DNA of 64,000 nt from an uncultured virus (IMG/VR IMGVR_UViG_3300046524_000154) (IMGVR_UViG_3300046524_000154); one strand, 5' to 3'; positions 8,730 through 17,353 are shown, counted from the first letter of the stretch. Program-made: numbers and translations. Notes: generated from the letters alone by a model not told the origin.

Positions 8730-9074
8730 ATGAAGGCATGGCTGATCAACCCGTTCGACAAGACCATCACCGAAGTCGAACACAACGGCGACTATCGCCA
8801 CATCTACACGCTGATCGATTGCGACACGTTTGACTGCGTGCGTTTCAGCGACAACGGCGACGCGATCTATGTCGATGACGAAGGTCTGCTCAAAGATCTG
8901 GAGAAGCAGGCGTTCTTCGCACTGCCGTCGATCTATCCCGATTCGGCATACGCAGGCAACGGTCTGGTGCTGGGGGTGGACGGTGAAGGAAGTACAGTAG
9001 CGCCCGAGACTTCGCTCGAAGAGATGAAGAAGCTCGTGACGTGGGCCACACTCGACGACCTGCGCAACCTGTAA
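8730..9074 (+). CDS. DUF3846-like protein
   Basis: MKAWLINP...IYVDDEGLL...YAGNGLVLG.D.EG pattern. Confidence 0.75.
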   Translation: MKAWLINPFDKTITEVEHNGDYRHIYTLIDCDTFDCVRFSDNGDAIYVDDEGLLKDLEKQAFFALPSIYPDSAYAGNGLVLGVDGEGSTVAPETSLEEMKKLVTWATLDDLRNL

Positions 9075-9112
9075 TCGCTGCGCATATTCGGAAATTTCCG
9101 AAGGAGAACAAC

Positions 9113-9805
9113 ATGGTTTTCGATGGCGAAATTATTGAACAGGGCGGTCACCGCTTCCGCGTGAATATCGAGCGTGACGACGACAACGAACCGCCCTGGG
9201 AGAACTCAGATGGTCACGGCGTCGTCAGCGAGTGGACGACGCGCGACAAGCGCCCCGGCGAACGGGTGCTGTGCAGCGACCGTCACAGCAAGCGCTACTA
9301 CGACGTGCACGAGACGATGAAGATCGCGAAGCGTGACTGCTGGGGTCTGAACGAGGACGCGAAAGCGGAGCTGCTCAAGCGGCTGTGCGGGCCGAAGAAG
9401 GTGTGGCAGCCGACGAGCGAGAGCGTCACGGACGGCCTGCGCAAGCGTGAGGGGAAGTGGGTGGTAGCGCCGGTTCGCCGCGACGATGTACCACTCACAC
9501 CCGGCGAAATCACCGCTGAAGCCGTGCGCCGCGACTTCGAGTTCCTGCGCGGCTGGTGCAACGACAGCTGGTACTACGTAGGTGTGATCGTCACGCACCT
9601 GCCCGACCCGGATGATGACGACGAGCCGATCGACTACGGTCACGCACTGTGGGGTATCGAGAGCGACAGCGACGACTACATCGAACAGGTCGCACACGAG
9701 CACATCGAGGAAATCCTGCGTGAGCTTGCTGAGCAGGATGCAGCCGACGCGAGGGAGGCTGCTGAGGCGTTGTACTGGCTCGAACGCGGCGTTGTCACTT
9801 ACTAA
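9113..9805 (+). CDS. conserved phage hypothetical protein
   Basis: PPWE.SDGHG.VS.W...LRGWCND.W.YVGV...LWGIESD motifs; palindrome-RBS start. Confidence 0.8.
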   Translation: MVFDGEIIEQGGHRFRVNIERDDDNEPPWENSDGHGVVSEWTTRDKRPGERVLCSDRHSKRYYDVHETMKIAKRDCWGLNEDAKAELLKRLCGPKKVWQPTSESVTDGLRKREGKWVVAPVRRDDVPLTPGEITAEAVRRDFEFLRGWCNDSWYYVGVIVTHLPDPDDDDEPIDYGHALWGIESDSDDYIEQVAHEHIEEILRELAEQDAADAREAAEALYWLERGVVTY

Positions 9806-9830
9806 TCGGAAATTTCCGAAGGAGAGCAAC

Positions 9831-10244
9831 ATGGTTATGCCAATCCAATTCCAATTCAACCGCGAGGTCGAGAACCACTTTGTGCACACTATCCTTGAGA
9901 TGGCGTGCGAGCCCGGCTCGATCGAGTACTGGGCCAATCCTGACGTCGGCATCGACGGCGAGTTCAAGACCACCGACACGGACAGCGACGGCACGTACAC
10001 GCTTGAAGTGCGCATCAGCATCGACGACGAGCCCGTGCCGGGTTTCGCGCAGAAGCAGACGATCGACGGTCAGGTCATAAACACCGGCATCAAGCGTCTG
10101 CTCACCGGCGAAGTGCACCTCGACGCGAACCCGCTCGGCCGGCTGCTGTATGCGGTGATCAACAGCGACGAGTTGGAGATCGACGGCGATCTGGTGGATT
10201 CGATCGTGCAGGCCGGGCTGTTCAACGACATCGTGTTCGGGTGA
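9831..10244 (+). CDS. hypothetical acidic protein
   Basis: Palindrome-AGGAG-ATG; ends D.IVQAGLF.DIVFG. Confidence 0.8.
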   Translation: MVMPIQFQFNREVENHFVHTILEMACEPGSIEYWANPDVGIDGEFKTTDTDSDGTYTLEVRISIDDEPVPGFAQKQTIDGQVINTGIKRLLTGEVHLDANPLGRLLYAVINSDELEIDGDLVDSIVQAGLFNDIVFG

Positions 10245-10245
10245 T

Positions 10246-10461
10246 GTGATGGAGCAATCCCGCAAACTCCAGCTTGCCCGCGCGTGGCGCAAAGAGCGCA
10301 TCTTGTTTGACGCGGCGTTTGCTGAGAACGACGGCGCGCGAGCAAATCAACACGCTATGCAGGCGTCGCAGATCGCTGAAACATACCGCGCCGAATCTGG
10401 CAAACGACACACCGACGACGCGGTATCTGAGATCCGCTCGCTGCTGAACGTAGCGGGCTAA
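10246..10461 (+). CDS. hypothetical protein
   Basis: Translationally coupled ORF; its stop abuts the palindrome at 10462. Confidence 0.6.
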   Translation: MMEQSRKLQLARAWRKERILFDAAFAENDGARANQHAMQASQIAETYRAESGKRHTDDAVSEIRSLLNVAG

Positions 10462-10484
10462 TCGGAAATTTCCGAAGGAGCACC

Positions 10485-10964
10485 ATGAAAATCAAAACGA
10501 AAGACCTGATCGGCGCGGCGCTCGACTGGGCTGTCGCCAAGTGCCTCGGGCACCGCCTGACCAGTGACGGGATATCGCAGCTGGTTGAAATCAGCGGCGG
10601 CCTCATGATCGTCGGGCCAGTTACCACAGGGCAAAGAATACCCTGTGGCTATAGCCCGAGCACGCGCGGCGAGCAGGGCGTCGAAGTCATGACGAGCCAC
10701 GACATCTCCGTGATCCGCTGCGACGACGATTGGGGCGTGGACGCCAAGGGCTACTGCAATAACGTGCGAATCCCTGTGTGGTGCGCCACGATGGGGCAGC
10801 ACGGGCCGCAGGAGTCAACGGAGCACCAGCACCACGACGCGATGTACCAGATCTACGTGAGCGAGGTGGTGTACGGCCCGACGCCGCTGGTCGCCGCCAT
10901 GCGCTGCTACGTCGCTTCCAGGCTCGGCGCCGAAGTCGAGATCCCAGACCAACTCACAACCTGA
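10485..10964 (+). CDS. NinX/DUF2591-like phage protein
   Basis: L.GAALDWAVA...YSPST...GPTPLVAAMRCYVAS.LG.EVEIP signature. Confidence 0.8.
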   Translation: MKIKTKDLIGAALDWAVAKCLGHRLTSDGISQLVEISGGLMIVGPVTTGQRIPCGYSPSTRGEQGVEVMTSHDISVIRCDDDWGVDAKGYCNNVRIPVWCATMGQHGPQESTEHQHHDAMYQIYVSEVVYGPTPLVAAMRCYVASRLGAEVEIPDQLTT

Positions 10965-10988
10965 TCGGAAATTTCCGAAGGATTCGAA

Positions 10989-11423
10989 ATGAACACTACA
11001 CTGCTTGAGGTGCCGTCCGATCTGGACTGGCTATTCGAAACCCACCTGCAGCCGTTCAACGAGCTGCGCCCGCGCGTGAAGATCGCGATCCTGCACGGCA
11101 ACGAGGACGCACCGCAGAAGGTGTTCCTGCACGACGTCAACGATATGCGTGTTCCGCCGATGGCTGAGTTCGGTCTGAACGAGGTCGGCAACCTCGTGCG
11201 CACCGACGAAGCGCTCGATCACGAATTCGCGTTCGACGTGAAGCTCGATGCAGCGATCCGCTTCAAGGCCAAGAGCGAGGAACACGCTCGGGCAGCGCTG
11301 CGCGAGATGATGCAGTGCGTCGACGCGAACCTCGGCGAGATCCTCGGACAGACGATCGTGTGCGAGGTGAGTTTGAACGACGACCCGGTGCTGTACGAGG
11401 TCGATGGTAAATCGGTGGACTGA
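10989..11423 (+). CDS. hypothetical protein (two apparent modules)
   Basis: Palindromes on both sides; LHGNEDAP N-terminal module and E.AFDVKL.A.IR C-terminal module. Confidence 0.75.
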   Translation: MNTTLLEVPSDLDWLFETHLQPFNELRPRVKIAILHGNEDAPQKVFLHDVNDMRVPPMAEFGLNEVGNLVRTDEALDHEFAFDVKLDAAIRFKAKSEEHARAALREMMQCVDANLGEILGQTIVCEVSLNDDPVLYEVDGKSVD

Positions 11424-11448
11424 TCGGAAATTTCCGAAGGAGCCTGAA

Positions 11449-11703
11449 GTGAAGAACAAAGTCAAATATTCCAACATCACGCTGTCCGGTACCGTGATGC
11501 ACAAAGGCCACGAGTACCTGTATTTCACGATCGACGGAGACACGTTCTACGAATGGCAGCGGGGCTCGCAGACGATCAACACCAAGGCCGCCCCGCACTA
11601 CGAGTCGCAGGACTTGGAATGCTTCAGCATGAGCTACGCCAAAGAGAAGCCGACCGTGCGCGACGCGATGTCCTGCATTCTCGACTACGTCAACGAGAGG
11701 TGA
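11449..11703 (+). CDS. hypothetical protein, paralog of 8444..8698
   Basis: Palindrome-AGGAG-GTG; shared motifs with 8444. Confidence 0.8.
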   Translation: MKNKVKYSNITLSGTVMHKGHEYLYFTIDGDTFYEWQRGSQTINTKAAPHYESQDLECFSMSYAKEKPTVRDAMSCILDYVNER

Positions 11704-11707
11704 TGAC

Positions 11708-12382
11708 GTGCCATTCCGACCACTATCCGAAGTAGGTTCCTCACGCGGCGCCCCGATGGGCCGCCGCAACACCGAGGGCGATCCCGACGTCGCCCACCGC
11801 CTCTATCTGCACCCGCTACCCTTCATCGACGGCGATTACGACGCGGGCGGCGCTTACTGGGGCGCAGGGAGCGACGGAGAGGCCATCTGGCGGGCCGTCG
11901 AGGATGACGGCGACGTGGAGCTATTCTTTCGCGCCACAAACCGCGCTATGGCCCTCGTAGCGGTTCTGGATGAGTATCCGCTCGCGGTGATCCTGCCGAC
12001 GCCGCGCGAAGGCTGGTTTGACGACTTCGTGGAGGGTTACGTGACGGCGGCGCTGTGGTCGAGCACGGACGTTGTCGACGGCGAGGATGTCGAGCTGGAT
12101 AAGTACGAGCTGGCCGATACCACTCGTGAGAAGATGCGCGCCGAGTGCAGCGAGTTTGCCGATGCGCACGGCGAGAAGATCGCTGAGGCGGCCAGTGTGA
12201 ACGGCTACACGGCCGAGCGTGCCGGCCACGACTTCTGGATGACACGCGCCCGGACGGGTGTGGGCTACTTCGACCGCCAGGAGCTGCCCGAAGAGTTGCG
12301 CGAGTATCTGGACAAGGCGGCAGAGGCGGCTGGCGAGCGTGACCTGTATCTGGGTGACGATGAGCTGGTTTATCAATCGTAG
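11708..12382 (+). CDS. conserved phage hypothetical protein (two-module fusion)
   Basis: GAPMGR...YD.GGAYWG module followed by an ALWSS...AGHDFW.TR...G.G.FDR module. Confidence 0.8.
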   Translation: MPFRPLSEVGSSRGAPMGRRNTEGDPDVAHRLYLHPLPFIDGDYDAGGAYWGAGSDGEAIWRAVEDDGDVELFFRATNRAMALVAVLDEYPLAVILPTPREGWFDDFVEGYVTAALWSSTDVVDGEDVELDKYELADTTREKMRAECSEFADAHGEKIAEAASVNGYTAERAGHDFWMTRARTGVGYFDRQELPEELREYLDKAAEAAGERDLYLGDDELVYQS

Positions 12383-12412
12383 GTAATCGGAAATTTCCGA
12401 AGGAGACTTATC

Positions 12413-12607
12413 ATGGCGAAGTACCGTGTAACTGTACCTTTCGTCGACGACATGGGCAGCGTCATGCCTTTCGTCGCTTCCAGCAGTCCAATGGAGTCGA
12501 AAGAGCAGAACGCGCTGTGGACCATCAACAGCATGCGCGACCACGACGGGTTGCCGCGCCTCACGCGCATGCCGGCTGGAACGAAGTTCGAGCGTGTCGA
12601 AGACTGA
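12413..12607 (+). CDS. hypothetical protein
   Basis: Palindrome-AGGAG-ATG. Confidence 0.75.
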   Translation: MAKYRVTVPFVDDMGSVMPFVASSSPMESKEQNALWTINSMRDHDGLPRLTRMPAGTKFERVED

Positions 12608-12653
12608 CACGTCGCACCTGCGACACATTCGGAAATTTCCGAAGGAGCCTGAA

Positions 12654-13160
12654 GTGAAAAAGCTATTCTTTATCGAGGTCACCGACACGTTCGGCGGCGA
12701 AGCCAACTACAGCTGGGTGACGCGCCACGTGATCGCTGCAACGACCGATCGCGGCGCCGTGAATCGCTTCTCGAAGATGTCCGGTTACGAGTGGCATGTC
12801 GAGGGCGACTACGGCGACAGCAAGCGCTACGACTCGAAGTCGGGCGCTACGTGCTTCTTCATCAGCGAGTACGACAACAGCAGCCCGGCAGTGCACAACT
12901 TCGACACGGACGAGCGCGAGACGAAGGTCGTGTTCCGCAAGTTCAAGGAAGGCGACGTGATTGCGCTGATCTGCGGCACGGCGGCAGACTGCAGGCCTGG
13001 TATGGTGATGAGCTACCAGCGCGTCGGGCAGCACGGTGAGGTGTCCCGCTGGCTGGGTAACGATCTGAAGCTCGCGACGCCTGAAGAGTACGCCGCGCTC
13101 AAGCGTGAGCTGGAAGGAATCTATGGACCGATCACAGCAGTGGATCGGCTGGTAGCGTAA
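12654..13160 (+). CDS. conserved phage hypothetical protein (two-module fusion)
   Basis: TDTFGGEANYSWV module plus a VVFRK...SY..VGQH module; GTG start after the palindrome. Confidence 0.8.
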   Translation: MKKLFFIEVTDTFGGEANYSWVTRHVIAATTDRGAVNRFSKMSGYEWHVEGDYGDSKRYDSKSGATCFFISEYDNSSPAVHNFDTDERETKVVFRKFKEGDVIALICGTAADCRPGMVMSYQRVGQHGEVSRWLGNDLKLATPEEYAALKRELEGIYGPITAVDRLVA

Positions 13161-13185
13161 TCGGAAATTTCCGAAGGAGAAAAGA

Positions 13186-13752
13186 ATGTCTAGCATTATT
13201 GCAAACATGATCGACGCCAATGCGCGTCGTGCCCGAGTCCTCGAACTGCTGCGTCAGGCCGCGATCGCGCAGGTCGAATTCTGGGCGCTGCAGACGCGGC
13301 TGGAGTCGGCGATGCTCGACGGCCAGGAGATGGAAGATGACGCCAGTGACAAAGTGCTGGAGTTCATCAAGGATCTTGCAGCCGCTGCACCGGAGGGTCA
13401 CAGCAATGAGGTCTACGACGCGATCGTGGATGAACATGTGACTGAACTGTTCCGCGATGTGTCTCCTGGCGTGAAGCAGGTCGAAGTGACCATCCCACCA
13501 AAGTCCTGTACGCAGCGCTACGATGAGCGGCCTTACTGCGGCGAGCAGGTATTCAGCGGCTCGCTGAGGAGAGGCATGCTTGTGCGATACGACGCGGGCT
13601 CGACCGCGCTCGTAGAACTGACCTCTCCGCATGCAGGCGGCTGGCATGGGAAGCAGTGCATGGGCGGCAGCACCTTTGTCTCGGGACGTCTGTACGAAGC
13701 GACTGATCTCGATCGCGAAATATGGGCCGAGTGCTCGCCGTGGAGGAAGTGA
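13186..13752 (+). CDS. hypothetical protein
   Basis: Palindrome-AGGAG-ATG. Confidence 0.75.
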   Translation: MSSIIANMIDANARRARVLELLRQAAIAQVEFWALQTRLESAMLDGQEMEDDASDKVLEFIKDLAAAAPEGHSNEVYDAIVDEHVTELFRDVSPGVKQVEVTIPPKSCTQRYDERPYCGEQVFSGSLRRGMLVRYDAGSTALVELTSPHAGGWHGKQCMGGSTFVSGRLYEATDLDREIWAECSPWRK

Positions 13753-14081
13753 TGGAAGGTAACGCGAAGGAGCGGGCCAAAGCCATCGCGCTACCCGACG
13801 CGGCGTATAAGCGGATGATCGCCGAGGCGCCAGAGTGCCGGAAGCTGCAGCACTACTGGTTTTATATGCAGCAAAATCCGAACGCCCGCATGTTTAGGGA
13901 AAGCGATCTGTGCATCATCGCAGGGTACGCTTTCACGAAAATGACTGTGATTCTCAAAGGGAGCAAGCAGCAACTCACGCAGCTGCTTATGGACGGCAAG
14001 AACATCAGGTATCGCATCGCGATGCAGATGGTGTGGGAACGACACTTATCGGAAATTTCCGAAGGAGAAAGCAATGCCTAA
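13752..14081 (+). CDS. hypothetical protein
   Basis: GGAGG RBS, coupled start MEGNAKE... Confidence 0.65.
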   Translation: MEGNAKERAKAIALPDAAYKRMIAEAPECRKLQHYWFYMQQNPNARMFRESDLCIIAGYAFTKMTVILKGSKQQLTQLLMDGKNIRYRIAMQMVWERHLSEISEGESNA

Positions 14082-14646
14082 CAAACTGGTGTACAGCATC
14101 GAGAAAGGACTGCGCGTACAGAAGACGCCGACCTCGCACCTCGACCCGGAAGTGCGCCGCTCCATGAGCTATATCAGCGCACGCAAGAAGCCGCGCTGGT
14201 TCTACAGCGGCGATCTCGACATCCAGAACGGCGGCACGTTCTATAACCTCGACAACTGGCCGCACTATGTCGACGCGTGGCGCGTTTCTCCCTGCAGCGA
14301 TGCAGGAGGGCCAGACAACGTTTTCTGGCTCGAAGAGTTGACCGTCAATGTGGACCCGAAAATGGTGAACCACGGAGGTCGCATGGAGAGTGCGCTCCGT
14401 CTGATTGGCGTGAGTGACGATGAGTTCAACGCGCTCTCTGTCAATCGACAACGTCACGTGATCGTAGGTGCCTACCTGGCTTACGGTCTATATGACCAGT
14501 GCAGCAGCAGGGTCGTCATGGTCGGCCCTCGGCCAGACGAGTTATGGGAAAGTCGCGGCGGCTTCGAGATGCCCGGAGTCGATACCACGCTGCGCAGTAA
14601 CGTCGATTTGAAAAAGTGGCTTCGTGCCCGCGTGAACGCACTTTAA
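14074..14646 (+). CDS. hypothetical protein
   Basis: Palindrome-AGGAG-ATG. Confidence 0.75.
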   Translation: MPNKLVYSIEKGLRVQKTPTSHLDPEVRRSMSYISARKKPRWFYSGDLDIQNGGTFYNLDNWPHYVDAWRVSPCSDAGGPDNVFWLEELTVNVDPKMVNHGGRMESALRLIGVSDDEFNALSVNRQRHVIVGAYLAYGLYDQCSSRVVMVGPRPDELWESRGGFEMPGVDTTLRSNVDLKKWLRARVNAL

Positions 14647-14656
14647 GGAGAACACG

Positions 14657-15049
14657 TTGAACAAGCAGGAATCACAGGCGCTGTACAAGGAGCTGCTGGC
14701 AAAGCGCGTCAAACTCGACAAGGAGATCGAGGCCGCGCGTGTGACGGCAGCGCGCCACGCGATCGAGACGTGCAAGCAGCTGATCGAAGAGTTCGCGCTG
14801 ACCACGGTCGATCTCGGCTTCGTGAAGGCGCAGCACGTGCCGGCTGCGAAGGTGAAGAACAGCGACAAGACGTTCGCAGCGAAGAAGCCCAAGTCGGTGA
14901 AGCCGCCGAAGTACGTCGATCCGAAAAGCGGCAAGACGTGGAGCGGTTACGGCCACGCGCCGTCGTGGATTGTGGGTAATCGTGATGATTACCTGATCAG
15001 GACTGAGCCGTCGAAGCGGACGACGCAGAACAACAAGCAGGAACACTAA
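14657..15049 (+). CDS. hns: H-NS family nucleoid protein (Burkholderia Bv3F-like) with a variant DNA-binding loop
   Basis: N-terminal YKELLA...L..EIEAAR coiled coil; C-terminal PPKYVDPKSGKTWSGYGHAPSWI (canonical KY.DP..G.TWSGRGR.P.W); AAGGAG RBS with TTG start. Confidence 0.9.
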   Translation: MNKQESQALYKELLAKRVKLDKEIEAARVTAARHAIETCKQLIEEFALTTVDLGFVKAQHVPAAKVKNSDKTFAAKKPKSVKPPKYVDPKSGKTWSGYGHAPSWIVGNRDDYLIRTEPSKRTTQNNKQEH

Positions 15050-15072
15050 TCGGAAGTTTCCGAACGGAGAAG

Positions 15073-15429
15073 ATGATGGCTGACGTAACTAACATGAGCA
15101 ACACGATCGCACGCCACGAGGTACTCGCAGCGATTGCCTACTACGCTGGTGAGCTGAAAGAAAACCCGGCAGACTTCGACGACATGGACGAGTTGTCGAA
15201 TCTGCGCAGCGTGCTCGAAGAAGCCGACAGCTCGTCAGGGTCGCGCGAGGACTGGTTGCTCATCCGCGACGAGTACTTCGAGCAGTGGTGCGAGGACTAT
15301 GCGAATGGCATGGGTCCGACCGACGGCTGGCCGTACAACTGCATCGACTGGGCTAAGGCAGCGACATCCCTGAAGCAGGATTACAAGCAGGTCGAGTACG
15401 ACGGCACGACGTACTGGGTGCGAGCATGA
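15073..15429 (+). CDS. acidic protein, ArdA-C-terminal-like putative antirestriction/DNA mimic
   Basis: Acidic; LIRDEYF...WPY.CIDW.KAA..LKQDY..VEYDG.TY resembles the ArdA-related ID(W/Y)e.aArdl..DY motif. Confidence 0.5.
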   Translation: MMADVTNMSNTIARHEVLAAIAYYAGELKENPADFDDMDELSNLRSVLEEADSSSGSREDWLLIRDEYFEQWCEDYANGMGPTDGWPYNCIDWAKAATSLKQDYKQVEYDGTTYWVRA

Positions 15430-15611
15430 GCACCCAGCACAACATGTACTACGCAGCGGAGCGGAGCGCTGCCGAAGTCTCGCTTCAGTTCCTTGAGTTC
15501 GTGAAGGACGGAATGACGCGCGAGGAACTGGAGCGGAACATCGAGCGCAGGCCCGCGCTGTGGGGTCGCTTTAGCGCGTGGCTGGACAAGCTACCGTCGA
15601 AACGAGACTAG
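15426..15611 (+). CDS. hypothetical protein
   Basis: ATGA-coupled ORF. Confidence 0.7.
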   Translation: MSTQHNMYYAAERSAAEVSLQFLEFVKDGMTREELERNIERRPALWGRFSAWLDKLPSKRD

Positions 15612-15620
15612 GAGGCAGTC

Positions 15621-15899
15621 ATGGCATGTGGAGTGATGATCACGCGCACGCTGGACATGCGGCGCACCGGCTGCGAATCGTGGTGGATTGTCGAGACGCT
15701 CTGGAAGCACGGCGCACACACCGCCTTCGCATTCAAGGCACGCAGCGACGCGGACGAGGTCGCATGTGGCAACGCCGCCGAAGAAGTAGCCAAGGAGGTC
15801 GCGCTCTGGCAGGTGCTGGCTGCGCCGGGCACGTCACTTGACGATGTTCAGGCGTTCGCGAAGGAGAACCGCGCAATTCGCGACGGTCGAGTGCAGTGA
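15621..15899 (+). CDS. hypothetical protein
   Basis: AGGAGG RBS. Confidence 0.7.
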   Translation: MACGVMITRTLDMRRTGCESWWIVETLWKHGAHTAFAFKARSDADEVACGNAAEEVAKEVALWQVLAAPGTSLDDVQAFAKENRAIRDGRVQ

Positions 15900-15973
15900 G
15901 TAAGCAGTAAAGAACCCGCGCTATCCAGTGCGGACAATCGAATATTTTCGGAAATTTCCGAAGGAGTAACACC

Positions 15974-16534
15974 ATGTCTGAAGCCAAGAAAATGACCCTC
16001 GACGAAATGGCACAACAACTCGTGCGCACCGAGGTCTACTACAACATCAGCTCGCTGGTTAGCGACCTCAACACACTTGTGTCGAGCGCAGATCCGAAGA
16101 CGCTGCAGAACGTTGGCGTCGATCAGGACCAGCTGATGACCCTGATGATTCAGGACGATTGGGAAGAGCCCGCGAGCGACTACATCCGCAGCCTTGACCG
16201 CGAGGATTTGGTCAACGAACTGGAGCTGAAGGATATCGAGTTCGACCCGGCAGGGAGCGACGAAGATCTCCAGAAACTGCTGATCGCTCACCTCGACGAA
16301 GAGGGTGAGTTTCAGGAGTTCTGCAACGACAACCGGCTCGACCCGAACACCGACGAGGTGTATGAGCACTGGATCGTGTCGGACTTTCTCGCCGGCAGGC
16401 TCGCCGAGAAGGGCGCGGTCGTCGATACCGACGTGAGCGGCTTGACGATCTGGGGCCGCACGACGACCGGCCAGATGGTGTACATGGACTGGATCATCCA
16501 GCAGATCGCGCAAGACATGCTCGACTCGAAATGA
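15974..16534 (+). CDS. highly acidic conserved phage protein
   Basis: Palindrome-AGGAG-ATG; EHWIVSD.LA..L...G.....WGRTTTGQ motif; D/E-rich. Confidence 0.8.
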   Translation: MSEAKKMTLDEMAQQLVRTEVYYNISSLVSDLNTLVSSADPKTLQNVGVDQDQLMTLMIQDDWEEPASDYIRSLDREDLVNELELKDIEFDPAGSDEDLQKLLIAHLDEEGEFQEFCNDNRLDPNTDEVYEHWIVSDFLAGRLAEKGAVVDTDVSGLTIWGRTTTGQMVYMDWIIQQIAQDMLDSK

Positions 16535-16752
16535 CCTACGGCCCCTACACCACAGCAGCCGCTGCGATGGAAGGGGCCAGCGTCGAACTCGACTATGTGC
16601 GCCGCGCTTACCCCGCGTGGCGGACTGAGCAGGGTGAAGCGATGATCGACGACCAGATCAACGGTTTCGCCCTGCAGTTCGGTGTCGTGCTGGAGCAACG
16701 CGACGATGCGTGGTTCTGGACAACGCCCGACGAAGAAGCGACCCTGGCATAA
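16531..16752 (+). CDS. hypothetical protein
   Basis: ATGA-coupled ORF. Confidence 0.65.
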   Translation: MTYGPYTTAAAAMEGASVELDYVRRAYPAWRTEQGEAMIDDQINGFALQFGVVLEQRDDAWFWTTPDEEATLA

Positions 16753-16803
16753 TTTTCCTATCGCTACCTTTGGCGATGCAGTCCCACCTCGAAGGAGAAC
16801 TTG

Positions 16804-17007
16804 ATGAACTCAAAATATCGCCTGCGGGCGACGTTGAAGACAGGCCGCTATCACGTGGTCGAGGGCAAGAGCCTGGAGAACCTGAAGAAGAAAGGTCGCC
16901 AGCTCGAAAACGAGGGTGCTTACGGCTACGTCGAGCACATGGACAACCACCGCGTGATGTTCGGTTTCGGCCAACAGGAGACACAGCATGCTGACGCTAC
17001 TGCGTGA
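16804..17007 (+). CDS. hypothetical protein
   Basis: GAAGGAG RBS. Confidence 0.7.
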   Translation: MNSKYRLRATLKTGRYHVVEGKSLENLKKKGRQLENEGAYGYVEHMDNHRVMFGFGQQETQHADATA

Positions 17008-17353
17008 TGTCCTGATTGTGTGGGGCTTGATGAAAGACACCCCTTCCCTGAAAGCCGAGCGCGAGACGAACTCGGCCGACCTGCAGCTGCTCGAAGTCGA
17101 GTCGCTGCACGAGGAAGCGGAACACGCCGCGCGTCTGCTGCGGTACCGGATCAGCCGACTGGCGACCCGCGTCTGCGTCGGCGCCGGTGTCGAGTCCCGC
17201 GTGACGCGGCAGATCGCCGACGCGCGCATCAAGCTGATGGAGAAGGAAGCCGAGGCTGAAGAGCTGGCGGCCAAGGTCACCATGCTGCGCGAGCGTATCA
17301 GCCGGCTGAAGCGGCTCGTGAGCGCAGGCGACACAGCACTCGCAGCTGCGTGA
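16988..17353 (+). CDS. hypothetical coiled-coil protein
   Basis: AGGAG RBS. Confidence 0.7.
   Translation: MLTLLRDVLIVWGLMKDTPSLKAERETNSADLQLLEVESLHEEAEHAARLLRYRISRLATRVCVGAGVESRVTRQIADARIKLMEKEAEAEELAAKVTMLRERISRLKRLVSAGDTALAAA

Noticed and set aside
4891..12654. Recurrent peptides RKFPKE / SEISE / FGNFR as a protein motif, and the ORF-track starts upstream of them
   Set aside because: These are translations of the DNA palindrome in different frames. The true starts lie just after the AGGAG, so I shortened those ORFs.
4145..15961. Classical integron attC cassette array
   Set aside because: There are no RYYYAAC/GTTRRRY-bounded 57-141 bp attC structures and no tyrosine recombinase in the window; only the cassette-like layout is analogous.
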